DNA of 64,000 bases, from the NCBI GenBank assembly GCA_040767085.1, contig JAXGPF010000012.1, positions 32,001 through 96,000 of the forward strand, given 5' to 3'. A program made the translations under genes and the position numbers. This DNA comes from Kiritimatiellia bacterium (GTDB taxonomy: Bacteria > Verrucomicrobiota > Kiritimatiellia > JAAZAB01). Shown in pieces: positions 38,390 to 50,016 of the stretch (positions are counted from its first letter, which is position 1; every line of letters begins with the position of its first letter). The notes below the pieces were generated by a model. That model saw only the letters and a list, made by a program, of their open reading frames with translations, was not told the origin of the DNA and made no database searches.

Positions 38390-39970
38390 ATGGATATCAT
38401 GCAAGACAAAACCAGGACGCCCGTTTACCTGCTGGATTGGATGCATGTCTGCCACGGCTGGATGGACCGCTCGTTCGACCCGGCCTTGCTCTCGGAGCGC
38501 GGCCGCGAAATTGCCGCGGCGGACCGGCAACGCACCGGCGGCGCGTTCCCCGACATGGCCGGCCGCTGGATGGTGCGGGTGAAGGTGCCTTACGGCATCC
38601 GCATCACAGTGGAAAAAGGCCGGGTGGACGAGCAGCCCTGGCTGACAGCCGACCAGCCCTGGGAAGCCGGTTGCGCCTGGGTGACCGTGATTCATGAAAA
38701 AGACCTGTATCGCTGCTGGTATGTGTGCGCGCGGAATGACCCCGCCCCGGAACACCTGGTCGGCGACCGGGAAGCCAACCGGCGTTTCGGCAAAGACGAT
38801 GCCCGGTATGTTCTCTGTTACGCCGAAAGCCGGGATGGCCGGCAATGGGCAAAACCCGCACTTGGCCAATATTGTTTCAATGGCTCCCGCGCCAACAACA
38901 TCGCCTGCCCCTACGGCAAGGAAACCGCCGTTTTCCGGGACGACAGCGCGCCGCCGGCGGAGCGTTACAAGTGTTTCGATTTCGATAAACTGCCGGATTT
39001 ACCCCCGGGCGAAAAGAATCCCTACGCGGCGAGCGGTTTGTTTGGCGCGGTATCGCCGGACGGCCTGGCCTGGCAACGCCTGCCGCAGCCTCTGATCCGC
39101 TATTTCTGCGACACGGAAAACATCGGGTATTGGGACCCGGAATTGCGGAAACTGGTGGGTTACTTCCGCGGGCATTTTTTCCCGGACGGCGTATACGGCG
39201 GCCGCGCCATCGCCCGCGCGGAAACCGATGATTTCCGCAACTGGCCCATGCCGCAGGTCATCCTGACCCCGGGCGCCGAGGAGGCGCCCTGCGACGATTA
39301 TTACACCAACGGATTCACCCCGCATCCCGACGATCCGTCGTTGCGCTTTTTCTTCGCCTCCATCTACCACCGCAACAGCGACCTGGTGGATGTGCGGCTG
39401 GCAGCCAGCCGCGATGGCCGGGTGTTCAACTGGGTGTCGCGCGAGCCGATTATTGAATGCCGGCCCGGCAGCCAGTGGGCGGCTTCGGGCATTTATGCCG
39501 GGCCCAACCTGCTGTATCTGCCCGACGGACGTCTGGGCTTGCCGTTGCGCTGCACCAGCCAGGCGCATAACGAATCGCATGCCGCTTATTACCGGGATTA
39601 CCAGACGCCGCCCGGCGGACTGGCATGGGCCACCTGGGAGCCCGGCCGTCTGGCGGGAATCGAGGCGGAAAACCTGGGCGAGTTCTTTACCATGCCGCAA
39701 GTATTTGACGGCCGCGGGATTGAAATCAACGCGCGCACGACGCGCGCCGGCGCCGTGGAACTGGAAATCTGGGAACAGGTTGCCGGCCGCCACAGCCGGA
39801 CCATCCCGGGCTTTACTTTCGCCGATCACATTCCCTTCCGCGGGAATGAATGCCGGGCAATCTGCCGTTTCAAAGGGCAAAAGGATCTGGCGGCCTTGCG
39901 CGGGAAACGCCTGGAACTGCGGTTCCGGCTCAGCAGCGCCAAGATTTTCAGCTACCGGTTTGCGGAATGA
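38390..39970 (+). CDS. Hypothetical beta-propeller glycoside-hydrolase-like protein
   Basis: Repeated Asp-box-like S-x-D-G-x-x-W motifs (SRDGRQW, SPDGLAW, SRDGRVFNW). Confidence 0.6.
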   Translation: MDIMQDKTRTPVYLLDWMHVCHGWMDRSFDPALLSERGREIAAADRQRTGGAFPDMAGRWMVRVKVPYGIRITVEKGRVDEQPWLTADQPWEAGCAWVTVIHEKDLYRCWYVCARNDPAPEHLVGDREANRRFGKDDARYVLCYAESRDGRQWAKPALGQYCFNGSRANNIACPYGKETAVFRDDSAPPAERYKCFDFDKLPDLPPGEKNPYAASGLFGAVSPDGLAWQRLPQPLIRYFCDTENIGYWDPELRKLVGYFRGHFFPDGVYGGRAIARAETDDFRNWPMPQVILTPGAEEAPCDDYYTNGFTPHPDDPSLRFFFASIYHRNSDLVDVRLAASRDGRVFNWVSREPIIECRPGSQWAASGIYAGPNLLYLPDGRLGLPLRCTSQAHNESHAAYYRDYQTPPGGLAWATWEPGRLAGIEAENLGEFFTMPQVFDGRGIEINARTTRAGAVELEIWEQVAGRHSRTIPGFTFADHIPFRGNECRAICRFKGQKDLAALRGKRLELRFRLSSAKIFSYRFAE

Positions 39971-40005
39971 TTTTTCAGCCGGCAATGAACCAGAGGGAGA
40001 GCAGT

Positions 40006-43000
40006 ATGAGCAATTTATGGCGGGCGGGAGCGACCGCGCTGGCGTGCGCGTTGTTTGGCAACCTGGCGCCGGCCGCGGCGGACGGGCCGCTGCGGGTGGG
40101 CGTTTACCAGGCGCTGGGCGGCGCGGGCATGCTGGAGGCCCTGCGGGCCGCGCCAGGGCTGGATTGCGCGGAAGTTGACCGCCTGGATGCGGAGACGCTG
40201 TTCCAATACGACGTGGTGGCGCTGCCCGCCCTCCGCGGCATGTCAGACCGCGCATGGGAAGATGCGCTGGAAGCCTATGTGCGCTGCGGCGGAGGCTTGC
40301 TGCTGCAGCACAATGCCGCCGGATACCGCGGCTGGAATCGCGCGCTCTTCCCGGAATTATTCGCCGATGGCGGCTCCAGCCGCCAGCGTGAAATCAAGGT
40401 GGCGGACGCCGGCGACCCCGTGACTGCCGGCGTGCCGGCGCAATTCATACAGGATTACCAGGACCATGTCGTCCTGGCGCCCGGCCCAAGCGGCCGCGTC
40501 CTCGCACGCGATGCCGATGGCGCGGCGGTGGCGGTGGCCGGCGCGGTGGAACAGGGGCGAGTCATCGGCAGCGGCCTGCTGCCCGGCGTGTTCGTGGAGC
40601 GGGCCAAGCATGTGGAACGCGCGCCCGGCGCGGGCGAACGCGCGTTTCTGGTCCAGGCGGTGAACTGGCTGGGCGCCGGACGCTGGACGGGGCTGGATGA
40701 AGCGGAGCGCGCCGCGCGCCGCCGGCGGGTGGAACTGGCCATCGAATTGCGCAATGCCGCCCTGGTGGCAGAATCGGGCAATCCCCTTGCCGCCACCATC
40801 GGCGGCGGATCCGGCGCCGATTGGTTCACGGATTCCATGTATAACGATCATGGATTTGTGCACCCGCCGATCGAGATTCTGCCGGGCCGGTTTTTCATGT
40901 TCGACGGCTTGGTGACGGCCATTGCCGCGCGCAATGCAATCTTGCGCCCGTATGGCGAGACACTGGCCATCCTCCAGCAGTTGAAGTGGTTGGGCGTCAC
41001 GGACATCATCACGCATACCGGCGGCCCGCAATGCAATCTCCGTTACCTGAGCAAAATGACCAATGCGGTGTATGGCTCGCGCGCGAAGCGCTACGGCGGG
41101 GATTACCTGGAAATCATCGTCAGGGCCGCGCACGAAACCGGGATGAATGTCTGGGGATTCTGGCATTCGAAACAGGAGGGCGGGTCGTTTCCCATCGCCG
41201 ACGCCCGGGGCCAGCCCTATGCCGCGTATGGCGATATTAAAAACCCCGCCTATTTGCAGCAGGCCCGGTATTGCCTGGACGAGCTGGCGGAGCGTTATAA
41301 TCCTTACGGCAATTTCAAGGGCGTTTTTCTGGATGAGCTCTGGCATGCCTTTTCCGCGGATTACATGGAAGGCCAGACCAACGCCTTCGCCGAGTTCTGC
41401 CGCGCGCAATTCGGCGAGGCCCCGCCCGCCGCGCTGGACTTAAGCGCCCGGTTCGCCCAGGGCCCGGACTGGTGCGATCCGGCGGATGTCTGGTGGCGGC
41501 GGTATGTCCTGTTCCGCAATCATTTCACGGTCAAATACATCCGCGCCGTCACGGCCTATGCCAATTCCAAAGGATTGCAGACCATGCCGCAAGTTGGTTT
41601 CGGCTTCCGCTGGTTCAGCGGGCATGGCGATACGGCGGGATTGCTGACGGCGGGCAATCTGCCGTGGACTTACGAAAACCGCAACAACAGCCGCTACGAG
41701 CAGTACCCGTCGGACAGCATCATCCTGGCCAGCCACAGCCGCACCCACAGCGGCATCCAGCAAGTCTGTCACCTGCGCGGTAAATACGGTTCGCAATTCG
41801 CGCTGGAGCAGACCTGGTCGATCTTCAGCGGACAAAATCCGCGCGTGCTGGAAGTTTTCGCGCGGCAGGTGCGCGCCAACCGGGAATGGTACGGCGCCGC
41901 GCCGTTGAGTCCCTATGCCCTGGTGGTCAATCACGCGGGCATGGATTTGTCGTTGTCCAACGCCGTCGCGGAATACAAAATCATCGCCAACGGCGTGCAG
42001 GCCTGGCTGCAGCAGCGTTATCCCGTCGGCCAGTTGATGATCCAGGATCACCAGTATTTCGGCCGGTATGCGGCCCTGATCGGCGCGCGGCATGGGCTGC
42101 GGTTCATGTCCGACGCGGCTTTTGCGGCCTTGCGCCGCTACCTCGAGGATGGCGGCGCGCTGTTGGTGTTGGACGATCAGATCAGCACCGCGCGCGCGGA
42201 TTTGACCGGGGTGGCGGATCAATTTGAAATCCTGACGGGCGTGGGCCGGGCGCCCGCCGGAGACGCCGGCGCGCCTTATGCCGGCGCGATTGTCTGGGCG
42301 GCGCCCTTGACCAATGCGCCCGCCTTGTCCGGGTCGGGGCTGGTCTGCCGGGCGGCGGGCGCGCTGGGTCCGGAGACGGCGGTCCTGGCGCGGCGCGATG
42401 ACGGCGCGCCGCTGGTCACCTGCCGGCGCATCGGCCGCGGCCGGGTGGCGGTATTTCACGGCGATATGACGCAATGGCTGGCGCAGCCCCAGACGCGCGC
42501 CGCCGCCCTGGATTGCGCCGCCGCCGTGCTGGACCATCTGGCGCCTTCGCCCATCCGCCTGGAAGGCAATGCGCAAATCTACAATGCCGTGCGCCAGGGC
42601 AACTGGGTGGCGGTGTCGCTGGTGGGATTGGGCACGGATTACGCGACGTTCAGCACAAATTTCCCCGCGCGCGGCCGGTTGCGGGTGGATTTGCAGGCGC
42701 TGGGTCTGGACTTCCCGCAATACAAAGTCGTGAGCCTGGCGCGCGATCGCGAACTTATGCCCGACGGCAAACATTGGGACGAATTTTCGCGAAATTACTG
42801 GACGGCCGCCATCCTGGACGCGGATGGCGTGGAAGTCTATATTCCCCGGAATTCCCTGGCCGACCTGGAGTTGCGCTGCACCATCGAGAGCGAACGGCTG
42901 CGTAAATTCGTGCTGCCGATGTGGAACAAGTCCAGGCAGGCCCGGTCGTTTGAGCACGAAATCCTGGCCATCGCCCCGGTGGAGGAAGCCGCCATGGTTC

Positions 43001-43014
43001 CGGTTCCCAGGTGA
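40006..43014 (+). CDS. Large secreted protein with GATase-like/ThuA-like domains and a putative glycoside-hydrolase barrel
   Basis: Signal peptide; YVRCGGGLLL and YLEDGGALLV domains; central FKGVFLDE motif. Confidence 0.6.
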   Translation: MSNLWRAGATALACALFGNLAPAAADGPLRVGVYQALGGAGMLEALRAAPGLDCAEVDRLDAETLFQYDVVALPALRGMSDRAWEDALEAYVRCGGGLLLQHNAAGYRGWNRALFPELFADGGSSRQREIKVADAGDPVTAGVPAQFIQDYQDHVVLAPGPSGRVLARDADGAAVAVAGAVEQGRVIGSGLLPGVFVERAKHVERAPGAGERAFLVQAVNWLGAGRWTGLDEAERAARRRRVELAIELRNAALVAESGNPLAATIGGGSGADWFTDSMYNDHGFVHPPIEILPGRFFMFDGLVTAIAARNAILRPYGETLAILQQLKWLGVTDIITHTGGPQCNLRYLSKMTNAVYGSRAKRYGGDYLEIIVRAAHETGMNVWGFWHSKQEGGSFPIADARGQPYAAYGDIKNPAYLQQARYCLDELAERYNPYGNFKGVFLDELWHAFSADYMEGQTNAFAEFCRAQFGEAPPAALDLSARFAQGPDWCDPADVWWRRYVLFRNHFTVKYIRAVTAYANSKGLQTMPQVGFGFRWFSGHGDTAGLLTAGNLPWTYENRNNSRYEQYPSDSIILASHSRTHSGIQQVCHLRGKYGSQFALEQTWSIFSGQNPRVLEVFARQVRANREWYGAAPLSPYALVVNHAGMDLSLSNAVAEYKIIANGVQAWLQQRYPVGQLMIQDHQYFGRYAALIGARHGLRFMSDAAFAALRRYLEDGGALLVLDDQISTARADLTGVADQFEILTGVGRAPAGDAGAPYAGAIVWAAPLTNAPALSGSGLVCRAAGALGPETAVLARRDDGAPLVTCRRIGRGRVAVFHGDMTQWLAQPQTRAAALDCAAAVLDHLAPSPIRLEGNAQIYNAVRQGNWVAVSLVGLGTDYATFSTNFPARGRLRVDLQALGLDFPQYKVVSLARDRELMPDGKHWDEFSRNYWTAAILDADGVEVYIPRNSLADLELRCTIESERLRKFVLPMWNKSRQARSFEHEILAIAPVEEAAMVPVPR

Positions 43015-43053
43015 AGCGGCCACCCCCGGGCTGATAATCGCTGCGGTGGTGTT

Positions 43054-45192
43054 ATGAGGAATGCCGTCAAAAAAATCCTGCAGGGATTGGGGGTGGGCCT
43101 CGGGGCGGCGGCGGCCGCCGGGTTGATCTGGTCCGCCGGCTGGCTGGATGGGTTCGAGTGGAAAACCTGGGATTGGCGCGCCCGGATCATGCAGCATCCC
43201 GGTCCGGCCACCGACCGCATCCGCCTGATCCTGCTCGATCAGCCCAGCCTGGACTGGGGCGCCCAGCGCGGATTAAGCTGGCCCTGGCCGCGCGAGGTGT
43301 ATGCGCCGATCGTTGACTTCTGCCGCCGCCAGGGCGCGCGCGCCGTGGCGTTTGACGTTTTGCTCACCGAGCCGTCCAAGTATCTCGTGGCGGAGGAGGC
43401 AGCTCTCGGAGCGGCGGCGGCCGCCGCCGGCAATTTCGTGGCGGCGGTGTTCCTGGGCGCCGGCTCCGGCAGCGCCACCAACTGGCCGCCGGACATGCCG
43501 CCGCCGTACCGCCGGGCCGGCGCCTCTGTTCCAGATCACGACTGGCCCCCGGGCATGGTCTTGCCGCGGGCGACTTTTCCGATTCCGGAAATTGCGACCA
43601 ACGCCGCGGTGCTGGCGAATGTTTACGCCAATCCCGATGCCGACGGCGTGTATCGGCGCGTGCGCCTGGGCCAGGTATTCGATGGGCGGCTGGTGCCGGC
43701 CCTGGGCCTGGGCGCCTGGCTGGCGGCGGACCCGGAAATCCGCCCGGTTTACGAAAACCGCGCGCTGCGTTGCGGCGATTACCGGGCGCCGCTGGATGCC
43801 GCCGGACATGCGCTGCTGAGATTCCGCGGCAAATCCCGAACGCACCGCGCGTTCAGCGCGGCGGCGGTAATCGAGTCCGAACTGCTGGCGCAGGCAGGCC
43901 AGCCGGGCAGCCTGCCCGCCGACGCCTTCCGCGATTGCTACGTGTTTTTCGGCTTCAGCGCGCCGGGCTTGTACGATTTGCGGCCCGTGCCCGTCAGCGG
44001 GATTTACCCGGGCGTGGAAATTCATGCCACGATGCTGGACAACCTCCTGTCCCGCGACTTGATGCGGGACGCGCCGCGGCACTGGACCTGGCTCTGGCTG
44101 GTTTTGCTGGGCGGCAGCTACGGCCTGGCGGTGCGCGGCGGCCGCAATGCCCGCGATAATCTGCTGGCCTTCGCCCTGGCGCTGCCGGCGCCGGCCATTG
44201 TGAGCCTCTGGGCTTACAGCCGCGGGTTATGGCTGCCGCTGCTGCCCCCGACGGCGGCTGCCGCGCTGGCGCTGATCGGCGGGGTGCTGCTGAATTACGC
44301 CACGGAAGGCCGGCAGAAACGTTACATCCGTTCGGCTTTCCGGCAGTACCTGAGCGAGGCGGTGATCGCGCAATTGGTGGCCGATCCCAGCCGGCTGACG
44401 CTGGGCGGCGAGCAGCGCACGCTGTCAATCTTCTTTTCCGACCTCCAGGGGTTCACCGGCATTTCGGAAAAACTCAACCCGCGCGAACTGACCAGCCTGC
44501 TGAACGAATACCTCACCGCCATGACCGACATCATCCAGGCGGAAGGCGGCACCGTGGACAAGTATGAAGGCGACGCCATCATCGCCTTCTGGAATGCGCC
44601 GCTGCCGCTGGCCGACCATGCCCTCCGCGCCGTGCGCGCGGCCCTGCAATGCCAGGCGCGGCTGGCGGATATCCGGCCGGATTTGAAGGCGCGGTACGGC
44701 AGCGACTTGTTCATGCGCATCGGCGTCAACACCGGTCCGGTGGTGGTGGGCAACATGGGGTCGCACAACCGTTTTAACTATACCATCCTGGGCGATGCCG
44801 CCAATCTGGCCTCCCGGCTGGAAGGCATCAACAAGCAATTCGGCACTTTCACCCTCATCTCCGAAGCCACGCAGGCCGAACTGGCCATGGCGGGGGAGCA
44901 TGGGATCGCGGTCCGGGAGCTCGGACGGGTGGCCGTGGTGGGGCGCCGCGCGCCGGTGCTGGTTTATGAGCCGGTCTGCCGGGCGGACCTGGCCGCCCGG
45001 CGGGCGGACTGGGAAAAATTTGCCGCGGCCCTGGCGGATTTCTATGCCGGGCGGTTCGCGGCGGCCCAGGCGCGATTCGCGGAATTGCAGGAGCGCGACC
45101 CGCCTGCCGCGGCCTATGCGCGCAAGTGCCAGGCCTTGCTGGACCGGCCGCCGGCCGCGTGGGAAGGGGTTTGGACGATGACGGAAAAATGA
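43054..45192 (+). CDS. CHASE2-domain class III adenylate cyclase
   Basis: WPWPR, PGVEIHA, three TMs, FSDLQGFT, DKYEGDAI, YTILGDAANLASRLEG. Confidence 0.92.
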   Translation: MRNAVKKILQGLGVGLGAAAAAGLIWSAGWLDGFEWKTWDWRARIMQHPGPATDRIRLILLDQPSLDWGAQRGLSWPWPREVYAPIVDFCRRQGARAVAFDVLLTEPSKYLVAEEAALGAAAAAAGNFVAAVFLGAGSGSATNWPPDMPPPYRRAGASVPDHDWPPGMVLPRATFPIPEIATNAAVLANVYANPDADGVYRRVRLGQVFDGRLVPALGLGAWLAADPEIRPVYENRALRCGDYRAPLDAAGHALLRFRGKSRTHRAFSAAAVIESELLAQAGQPGSLPADAFRDCYVFFGFSAPGLYDLRPVPVSGIYPGVEIHATMLDNLLSRDLMRDAPRHWTWLWLVLLGGSYGLAVRGGRNARDNLLAFALALPAPAIVSLWAYSRGLWLPLLPPTAAAALALIGGVLLNYATEGRQKRYIRSAFRQYLSEAVIAQLVADPSRLTLGGEQRTLSIFFSDLQGFTGISEKLNPRELTSLLNEYLTAMTDIIQAEGGTVDKYEGDAIIAFWNAPLPLADHALRAVRAALQCQARLADIRPDLKARYGSDLFMRIGVNTGPVVVGNMGSHNRFNYTILGDAANLASRLEGINKQFGTFTLISEATQAELAMAGEHGIAVRELGRVAVVGRRAPVLVYEPVCRADLAARRADWEKFAAALADFYAGRFAAAQARFAELQERDPPAAAYARKCQALLDRPPAAWEGVWTMTEK

Positions 45193-45236
45193 CTAGCCTG
45201 GTGGATGCCCGTTTGCAAACGGGAGAAAGGCGCCGG

Positions 45237-46034
45237 ATGCGCAAAGAGTGGCTGATGCTGACGGTCATGTGGGCGGCGGCGCAGTTGGCGCCGGCGGGGG
45301 AAACGCTGGCCTTGCCGTATGACTCCGCCGCACGGGAGGAATTCAGGGACAAACTGGGCATGCTGTCGGTGACGCTGCCCGCGGGTTATCAGGTCCGCGA
45401 TCAATCCACTGCCGACCGCACCAAGGTAACCCTGCGTTACGGGAATGATTGCCAGGTGATCCTGATCAGTTCCGTCATGCGCCAGCCCTGGGATGCGCCG
45501 GCGGAAATGGAAAAGAAAATGGCGGCCTTGCGACAGGGGCGGGTCGTGGGAAAATCCGAAGAAATTACGTCCCGGCTGTGCCGTCTGGACGCAGCCGACG
45601 GCTACGAGTACCAGGTCCGGAAAAGCGCTTGGCATTGCCTCCAGGGCTTCGCGGGAGTGGCGCGCGGCCGCAGTTACGTGTGTGTCGTAGAAGTCAACGG
45701 GCGCCCCAACGCCGCGGACGCGGCCCGACCGCTGGTGGAGGCGATTAACAACTCGTTTAAAGTGCTGGCGCCGGTGCCGCCGCCGGCCCGGCCGCAGCCG
45801 GGCGCGCCGCCTCCGCCGCCAGCCGGCCCGGCCGATGACTGGGCCGCGGCGGAGGCAGCCATCAAGGTGAATGGCGTGATCCGCAAACAGCAACAGGTGC
45901 TGGCAATGATCGGCGGACAGATGGTGGCGACGGGCGAGACCGTGCGTATTCTCTATGACGGCCGGACATATCCGTTCCGCGTGATCTCCATCAATCCGGA
46001 CCGTGCGCGGGTGGCGGTTGTGCCGGTGAAATAA
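45237..46034 (+). CDS. Hypothetical secreted protein with Pro-rich linker
   Basis: Signal peptide; short C-terminal beta domain (IKVNGV...AMIGGQMVATGE) reminiscent of T2SS GspB/C-like modules. Confidence 0.6.
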   Translation: MRKEWLMLTVMWAAAQLAPAGETLALPYDSAAREEFRDKLGMLSVTLPAGYQVRDQSTADRTKVTLRYGNDCQVILISSVMRQPWDAPAEMEKKMAALRQGRVVGKSEEITSRLCRLDAADGYEYQVRKSAWHCLQGFAGVARGRSYVCVVEVNGRPNAADAARPLVEAINNSFKVLAPVPPPARPQPGAPPPPPAGPADDWAAAEAAIKVNGVIRKQQQVLAMIGGQMVATGETVRILYDGRTYPFRVISINPDRARVAVVPVK

Positions 46035-46068
46035 AGCCAATTTCAAAACTCACGTTTTGAAAGCGATA

Positions 46069-47886
46069 TCAACCCGCGGCCGGGGCCGGCTCCAGCACGG
46101 CGCGAATCCGGCGCACTCCGGCGCTGGAGGCTTCCTCCTTGACGATGCGGAAACGGCCCAACTCGCTGGTGTTGGCGACATGCGGGCCCCCGCAAACCTC
46201 GGCCGAAAAATCGCCGATGGCGAACAATTTTACTTGCTCGCCGTACTTGGCGGTGAACAACGCCATGGCGTTTTTGCGGCGCGCGGTTTCCAGGTCGGTC
46301 ATTTCCATCGTCACCGGCAAGGCCCGGCCGATGACGCCGTTCACCAGTTCTTCCACGCGCTGCAATTCCTCCGGCGTCATTTTGGCGGGGTGCGAGAAGT
46401 CGAAGCGGAGGCGTTCGGCGGTGATATTGGAGCCTTTCTGGCGGACATGGCCGCCCAGCACGATTTGGAGCGCGCGGTGCAGCAGGTGCGTGGCGGTATG
46501 GAGCCGGGTGGTGGCTTCGGAGTGATCCGCCAGACCGCCCTTGAAAGCCTTGTCGGCCCCCTGGCGGGAAACTTCCTGGTGCTTGGCGAAGGCCTTGTCG
46601 AAGCCCGGCTGGTCAACGTCCAGGCCGCGTTCGCGGCAGATTTCAGCGGTAAATTCTAAGGGGAAGCCGTACGTGTCATAAAGCCGGAAGGCCACCCGTC
46701 CGCTTAAAATCTTCTGGTCATGGGCGTGCAATTGTTCCAGGGCCTTGTCCAGCTCCTGCATGCCCTGGCCCAGCGTTTTTTCGAATTTTTCCTCCTCGCC
46801 CGCCAGTTCCCGGAGGATGTTTTCCCGGTTGTGGCGCAGTTCCGGGTAGGCGGCCTGGTAACCGGCGATGATGGTGTCCGCCACGGCGCGGGAGAATCCC
46901 GGAGCGAGGCCCAGCTGCTTGGCATGGCGCACGGCGCGCCGGATCAGCCGGCGCAGGACATAGCCCTGGCCGAGGTTGCCCGGGACAATGCCCTGCTCGT
47001 CGCCGATGATGAACACGGCGCTGCGCAGATGGTCGGCAATCACCCGGAACGCCCGCGTGATTTCCGGCGCGGCGTCGAAGGCCTTGCCGCTGGCGTCGGC
47101 GATGGCGGCGATAATCGGCTGGAAAAGTTCGGTTTCATATACCGAATGTTTGCCCTGGAGCATGGCGGCGGTGCGCTCAACCCCCATGCCGGTGTCCACG
47201 TTATGCTGCTGCAGGGGAGCGTAAACGCCTTCCGCGGTCTTGTTGTACTGCATGAAAACGTCATTCCAGATTTCGAAAAATTTGCCGCAGCCGCAGCCGG
47301 GCCGGCAGCCGGGGCCGCAGGCCGGCCGGCCGGTATCCACGAACATTTCCGTGTCCGGACCGCAAGGGCCGGTTTTGCCGGCAGGCCCCCACCAGTTGTC
47401 GTCCATCGGCAGGAAGAATATATGCCGCTCGTCCACCCCGAGCCGCTTCCAGATATCCGCGGAGGCGGTATCGGCCGGAACGTTCGCATTGCCCTCGAAC
47501 ACCGTCACGTAAAGCTGCTCAGGGCGGAAATCCAGGCAATCCGGCGCAGTCAGGAATTGAAACGACCAGGCAATGGCCTCCTGCTTGAAATAATCGCCCA
47601 GAGACCAATTGCCGAGCATCTCGAAGAATGTCAGGTGCGAGGCGTCGCCCACGGCATCGATATCGCCGGTGCGGATGCACTTCTGCACATTGCACAGGCG
47701 CCGCCCGGCGGGATGGGGTTCGCCCAGCAGGTAGGGCACCAGCGGGTGCATACCGGCGGTGGTGAATAAAACCGTGGGATCGTTCTGTGGAATGAGCGAC
47801 TGCCCGGTAATCAGGGCATGGCCCTGCTTTTGAAAGAAATCGAGGAACAGCTTGCGTAATTCGTTGGCGTTCAGGGCTTTCATCAA
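46069..47886 (-). CDS. alaS: Alanine-tRNA ligase, short form lacking the C-Ala domain
   Basis: [25 protein letters not shown], editing motifs HTATH and CGGPH; ends right after GVRRIRA. Confidence 0.93.
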   Translation of the reverse strand: MMKALNANELRKLFLDFFQKQGHALITGQSLIPQNDPTVLFTTAGMHPLVPYLLGEPHPAGRRLCNVQKCIRTGDIDAVGDASHLTFFEMLGNWSLGDYFKQEAIAWSFQFLTAPDCLDFRPEQLYVTVFEGNANVPADTASADIWKRLGVDERHIFFLPMDDNWWGPAGKTGPCGPDTEMFVDTGRPACGPGCRPGCGCGKFFEIWNDVFMQYNKTAEGVYAPLQQHNVDTGMGVERTAAMLQGKHSVYETELFQPIIAAIADASGKAFDAAPEITRAFRVIADHLRSAVFIIGDEQGIVPGNLGQGYVLRRLIRRAVRHAKQLGLAPGFSRAVADTIIAGYQAAYPELRHNRENILRELAGEEEKFEKTLGQGMQELDKALEQLHAHDQKILSGRVAFRLYDTYGFPLEFTAEICRERGLDVDQPGFDKAFAKHQEVSRQGADKAFKGGLADHSEATTRLHTATHLLHRALQIVLGGHVRQKGSNITAERLRFDFSHPAKMTPEELQRVEELVNGVIGRALPVTMEMTDLETARRKNAMALFTAKYGEQVKLFAIGDFSAEVCGGPHVANTSELGRFRIVKEEASSAGVRRIRAVLEPAPAAG

Positions 47887-48923
47887 CCGGCAATTTCCTT
47901 CATGCGGGCTTTGATTTTCTCGATGAGCTTTTCCTGAATATCCGGCCGGGTCTTGAGAAATTCCACCGCCGCCTCGCGCCCCTGGCCGATTTGTTCGCCG
48001 TCGAGCGAGAGCCAGGAGCCGCGTTTGTCAATCAGCTCGTGCTGCAGGGCGGCGTCAACGATCGAAGCGCACCAGGAGATGCCGGCGGCGTACATGATGT
48101 CGAATTCCGCTTCCATGAAGGGCGGGGCGACCTTGTTCTTGACGACTTTAACCTTAGTGCGGTTGCCGATGATATGGCCGGCATTGTCTTTGATGACGCC
48201 GATTTTGCGGATATCCAGTCGGACGGAGGCGTAAAATTTCAGGGCCTTGCCGCCCGTGGTGGTTTCCGGGTTGCCGAACATCACGCCGATTTTCTCGCGC
48301 AACTGGTTGGTGAAGATGCAGCAGGTCTTGGAGGTGGAAATCACCGCGGTCAGTTTCCGCATGGCCTGCGACATCAGGCGGGCCTGCAGGCCCATCTGGG
48401 CGTCGCCCATTTCACCGTCAATTTCCGCGCGCGGCGTCAAGGCCGCGACGGAATCGATGACCACCACGTCCATGGCATTGCTGCGGATCAGGGTTTCGGC
48501 GATGGTGAGGGCTTCCTCGCCCGAGGATGGCTGCGAGATCAGCAGGTCGTCCAGTTTGACCCCGATTTTCTTGGCATAAATCGGGTCCAGGGCGTGTTCG
48601 GCGTCAATAAACGCCGCCACGCCGCCGTTTTTCTGGGCGTTGGCAATGATGTGCAGCGTCAGGGTGGTTTTGCCGGACGATTCCGGGCCGTAGATTTCAA
48701 TGATGCGCCCGCGGGGAATGCCGCCGACGCCCAGGGCCATGTCCAGGGAGAAGGCCCCGGTGGAAATCACCGGTATGGCGGCGATGGTCGCGGCGTCGCC
48801 CAGGCGCATGATCGCGCCTTCGCCGAATTCCTTCTGAATCTGGTTCAGTAAACTGTTCAAGACCGCGGAATTGTCGCGGGGGCCGGTGTTTTCCTGGGGT
48901 TTGGATGCTTGTTTGGCGGCCAT
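47883..48923 (-). CDS. recA: Recombinase A
   Basis: [38 protein letters not shown]. Confidence 0.98.
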   Translation of the reverse strand: MAAKQASKPQENTGPRDNSAVLNSLLNQIQKEFGEGAIMRLGDAATIAAIPVISTGAFSLDMALGVGGIPRGRIIEIYGPESSGKTTLTLHIIANAQKNGGVAAFIDAEHALDPIYAKKIGVKLDDLLISQPSSGEEALTIAETLIRSNAMDVVVIDSVAALTPRAEIDGEMGDAQMGLQARLMSQAMRKLTAVISTSKTCCIFTNQLREKIGVMFGNPETTTGGKALKFYASVRLDIRKIGVIKDNAGHIIGNRTKVKVVKNKVAPPFMEAEFDIMYAAGISWCASIVDAALQHELIDKRGSWLSLDGEQIGQGREAAVEFLKTRPDIQEKLIEKIKARMKEIAG

Positions 48924-48936
48924 GTTTGCTTGTCCT

Positions 48937-49917
48937 TTATTTTGCGTACCCATGCGGATGGGCTTGATGCCATTGCCAGGCGGTTTTGACGATGTGCGCG
49001 ATCTGGCTTTGCGCCGGTTGCCAACCCAGCGCCGCGCGCGCGCGGGCGTAATCGGCTACCAGGCGCGGCGGATCGCCCGGCCGGCGCGGCATGAAATGCG
49101 CCGGGATCGGGTGCCCGGTGATCCGGCGGGCCGCCTCCAGCACTTCCCGGACCGAACAGCCCGCGCCGGTGCCGAGATTGAAAGCGGCGCCGGCATTCTC
49201 CGGGAGTTTATGCAAGGCCTGGACATGCGCCAGGCCCAGGTCCCCGATGTGGATGTAATCCCGGATGCAGGTGCCGTCGGGCGTGGGGTAATCGTCGCCG
49301 TAAATCTGCAAGTGCGGCGCCTGCCCCAGGGCTACCCGCAGGATGTTGGGAATCAGGTGCGTTTCGGGGGTGTGATCTTCCCCGTGCCGCGGCGTCGCGC
49401 CGCAGGCGTTAAAGTAGCGCAGAAACACGGTCTGCCACTGGTGCGCAGCGGCATACCACCGGAAAATCTGCTCGCACATCAGCTTGGATCCGCCGTAGGG
49501 ATTGGTGGGCGCCTGCGGGGTGTTTTCCGTAATCGGCATTTCGGACGGCTCGCCGTAGGTCGCGCAGGTGGAGGAAAACACCAGGCGCCGCACACCCGCC
49601 TTGCGCATGGCTTCCGCCAGATTAACGGCCCCGCCGACATTGTTGACGAAATAAAGTTCCGGGTGGGCCATGGATTCGCCGACCAGCGCATAGGCGGCGA
49701 AATGCATGACGGCATCCGGTTTTTCCGCGGCCATGGCCCGTTCGATCTGGTCGGGACGGCGCAGGTCGCCCTGGATGAAATTCGCCCGCTGGTCCACCGC
49801 CGCGCGGTGGCCGCGTTCCAGATTGTCGAAAACCACCACCTCGTGGTTCTCATTCAGAAGCATTTCCGCGGCCACGCAACCGATGTAACCGGCGCCACCT
49901 GTGACAAAAATTTTCAT
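48937..49917 (-). CDS. galE: UDP-glucose 4-epimerase
   Basis: [30 protein letters not shown]. Confidence 0.93.
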   Translation of the reverse strand: MKIFVTGGAGYIGCVAAEMLLNENHEVVVFDNLERGHRAAVDQRANFIQGDLRRPDQIERAMAAEKPDAVMHFAAYALVGESMAHPELYFVNNVGGAVNLAEAMRKAGVRRLVFSSTCATYGEPSEMPITENTPQAPTNPYGGSKLMCEQIFRWYAAAHQWQTVFLRYFNACGATPRHGEDHTPETHLIPNILRVALGQAPHLQIYGDDYPTPDGTCIRDYIHIGDLGLAHVQALHKLPENAGAAFNLGTGAGCSVREVLEAARRITGHPIPAHFMPRRPGDPPRLVADYARARAALGWQPAQSQIAHIVKTAWQWHQAHPHGYAK

Positions 49918-50016
49918 GGTCGTTTATTATAGCGTCTTTTTAAAATTTGGCCATATTTTTATGCGCCGGGCATGGGAACAAATCAAGCCCAATGCCTGCC
50001 TGGGCCCGCAAATCAC

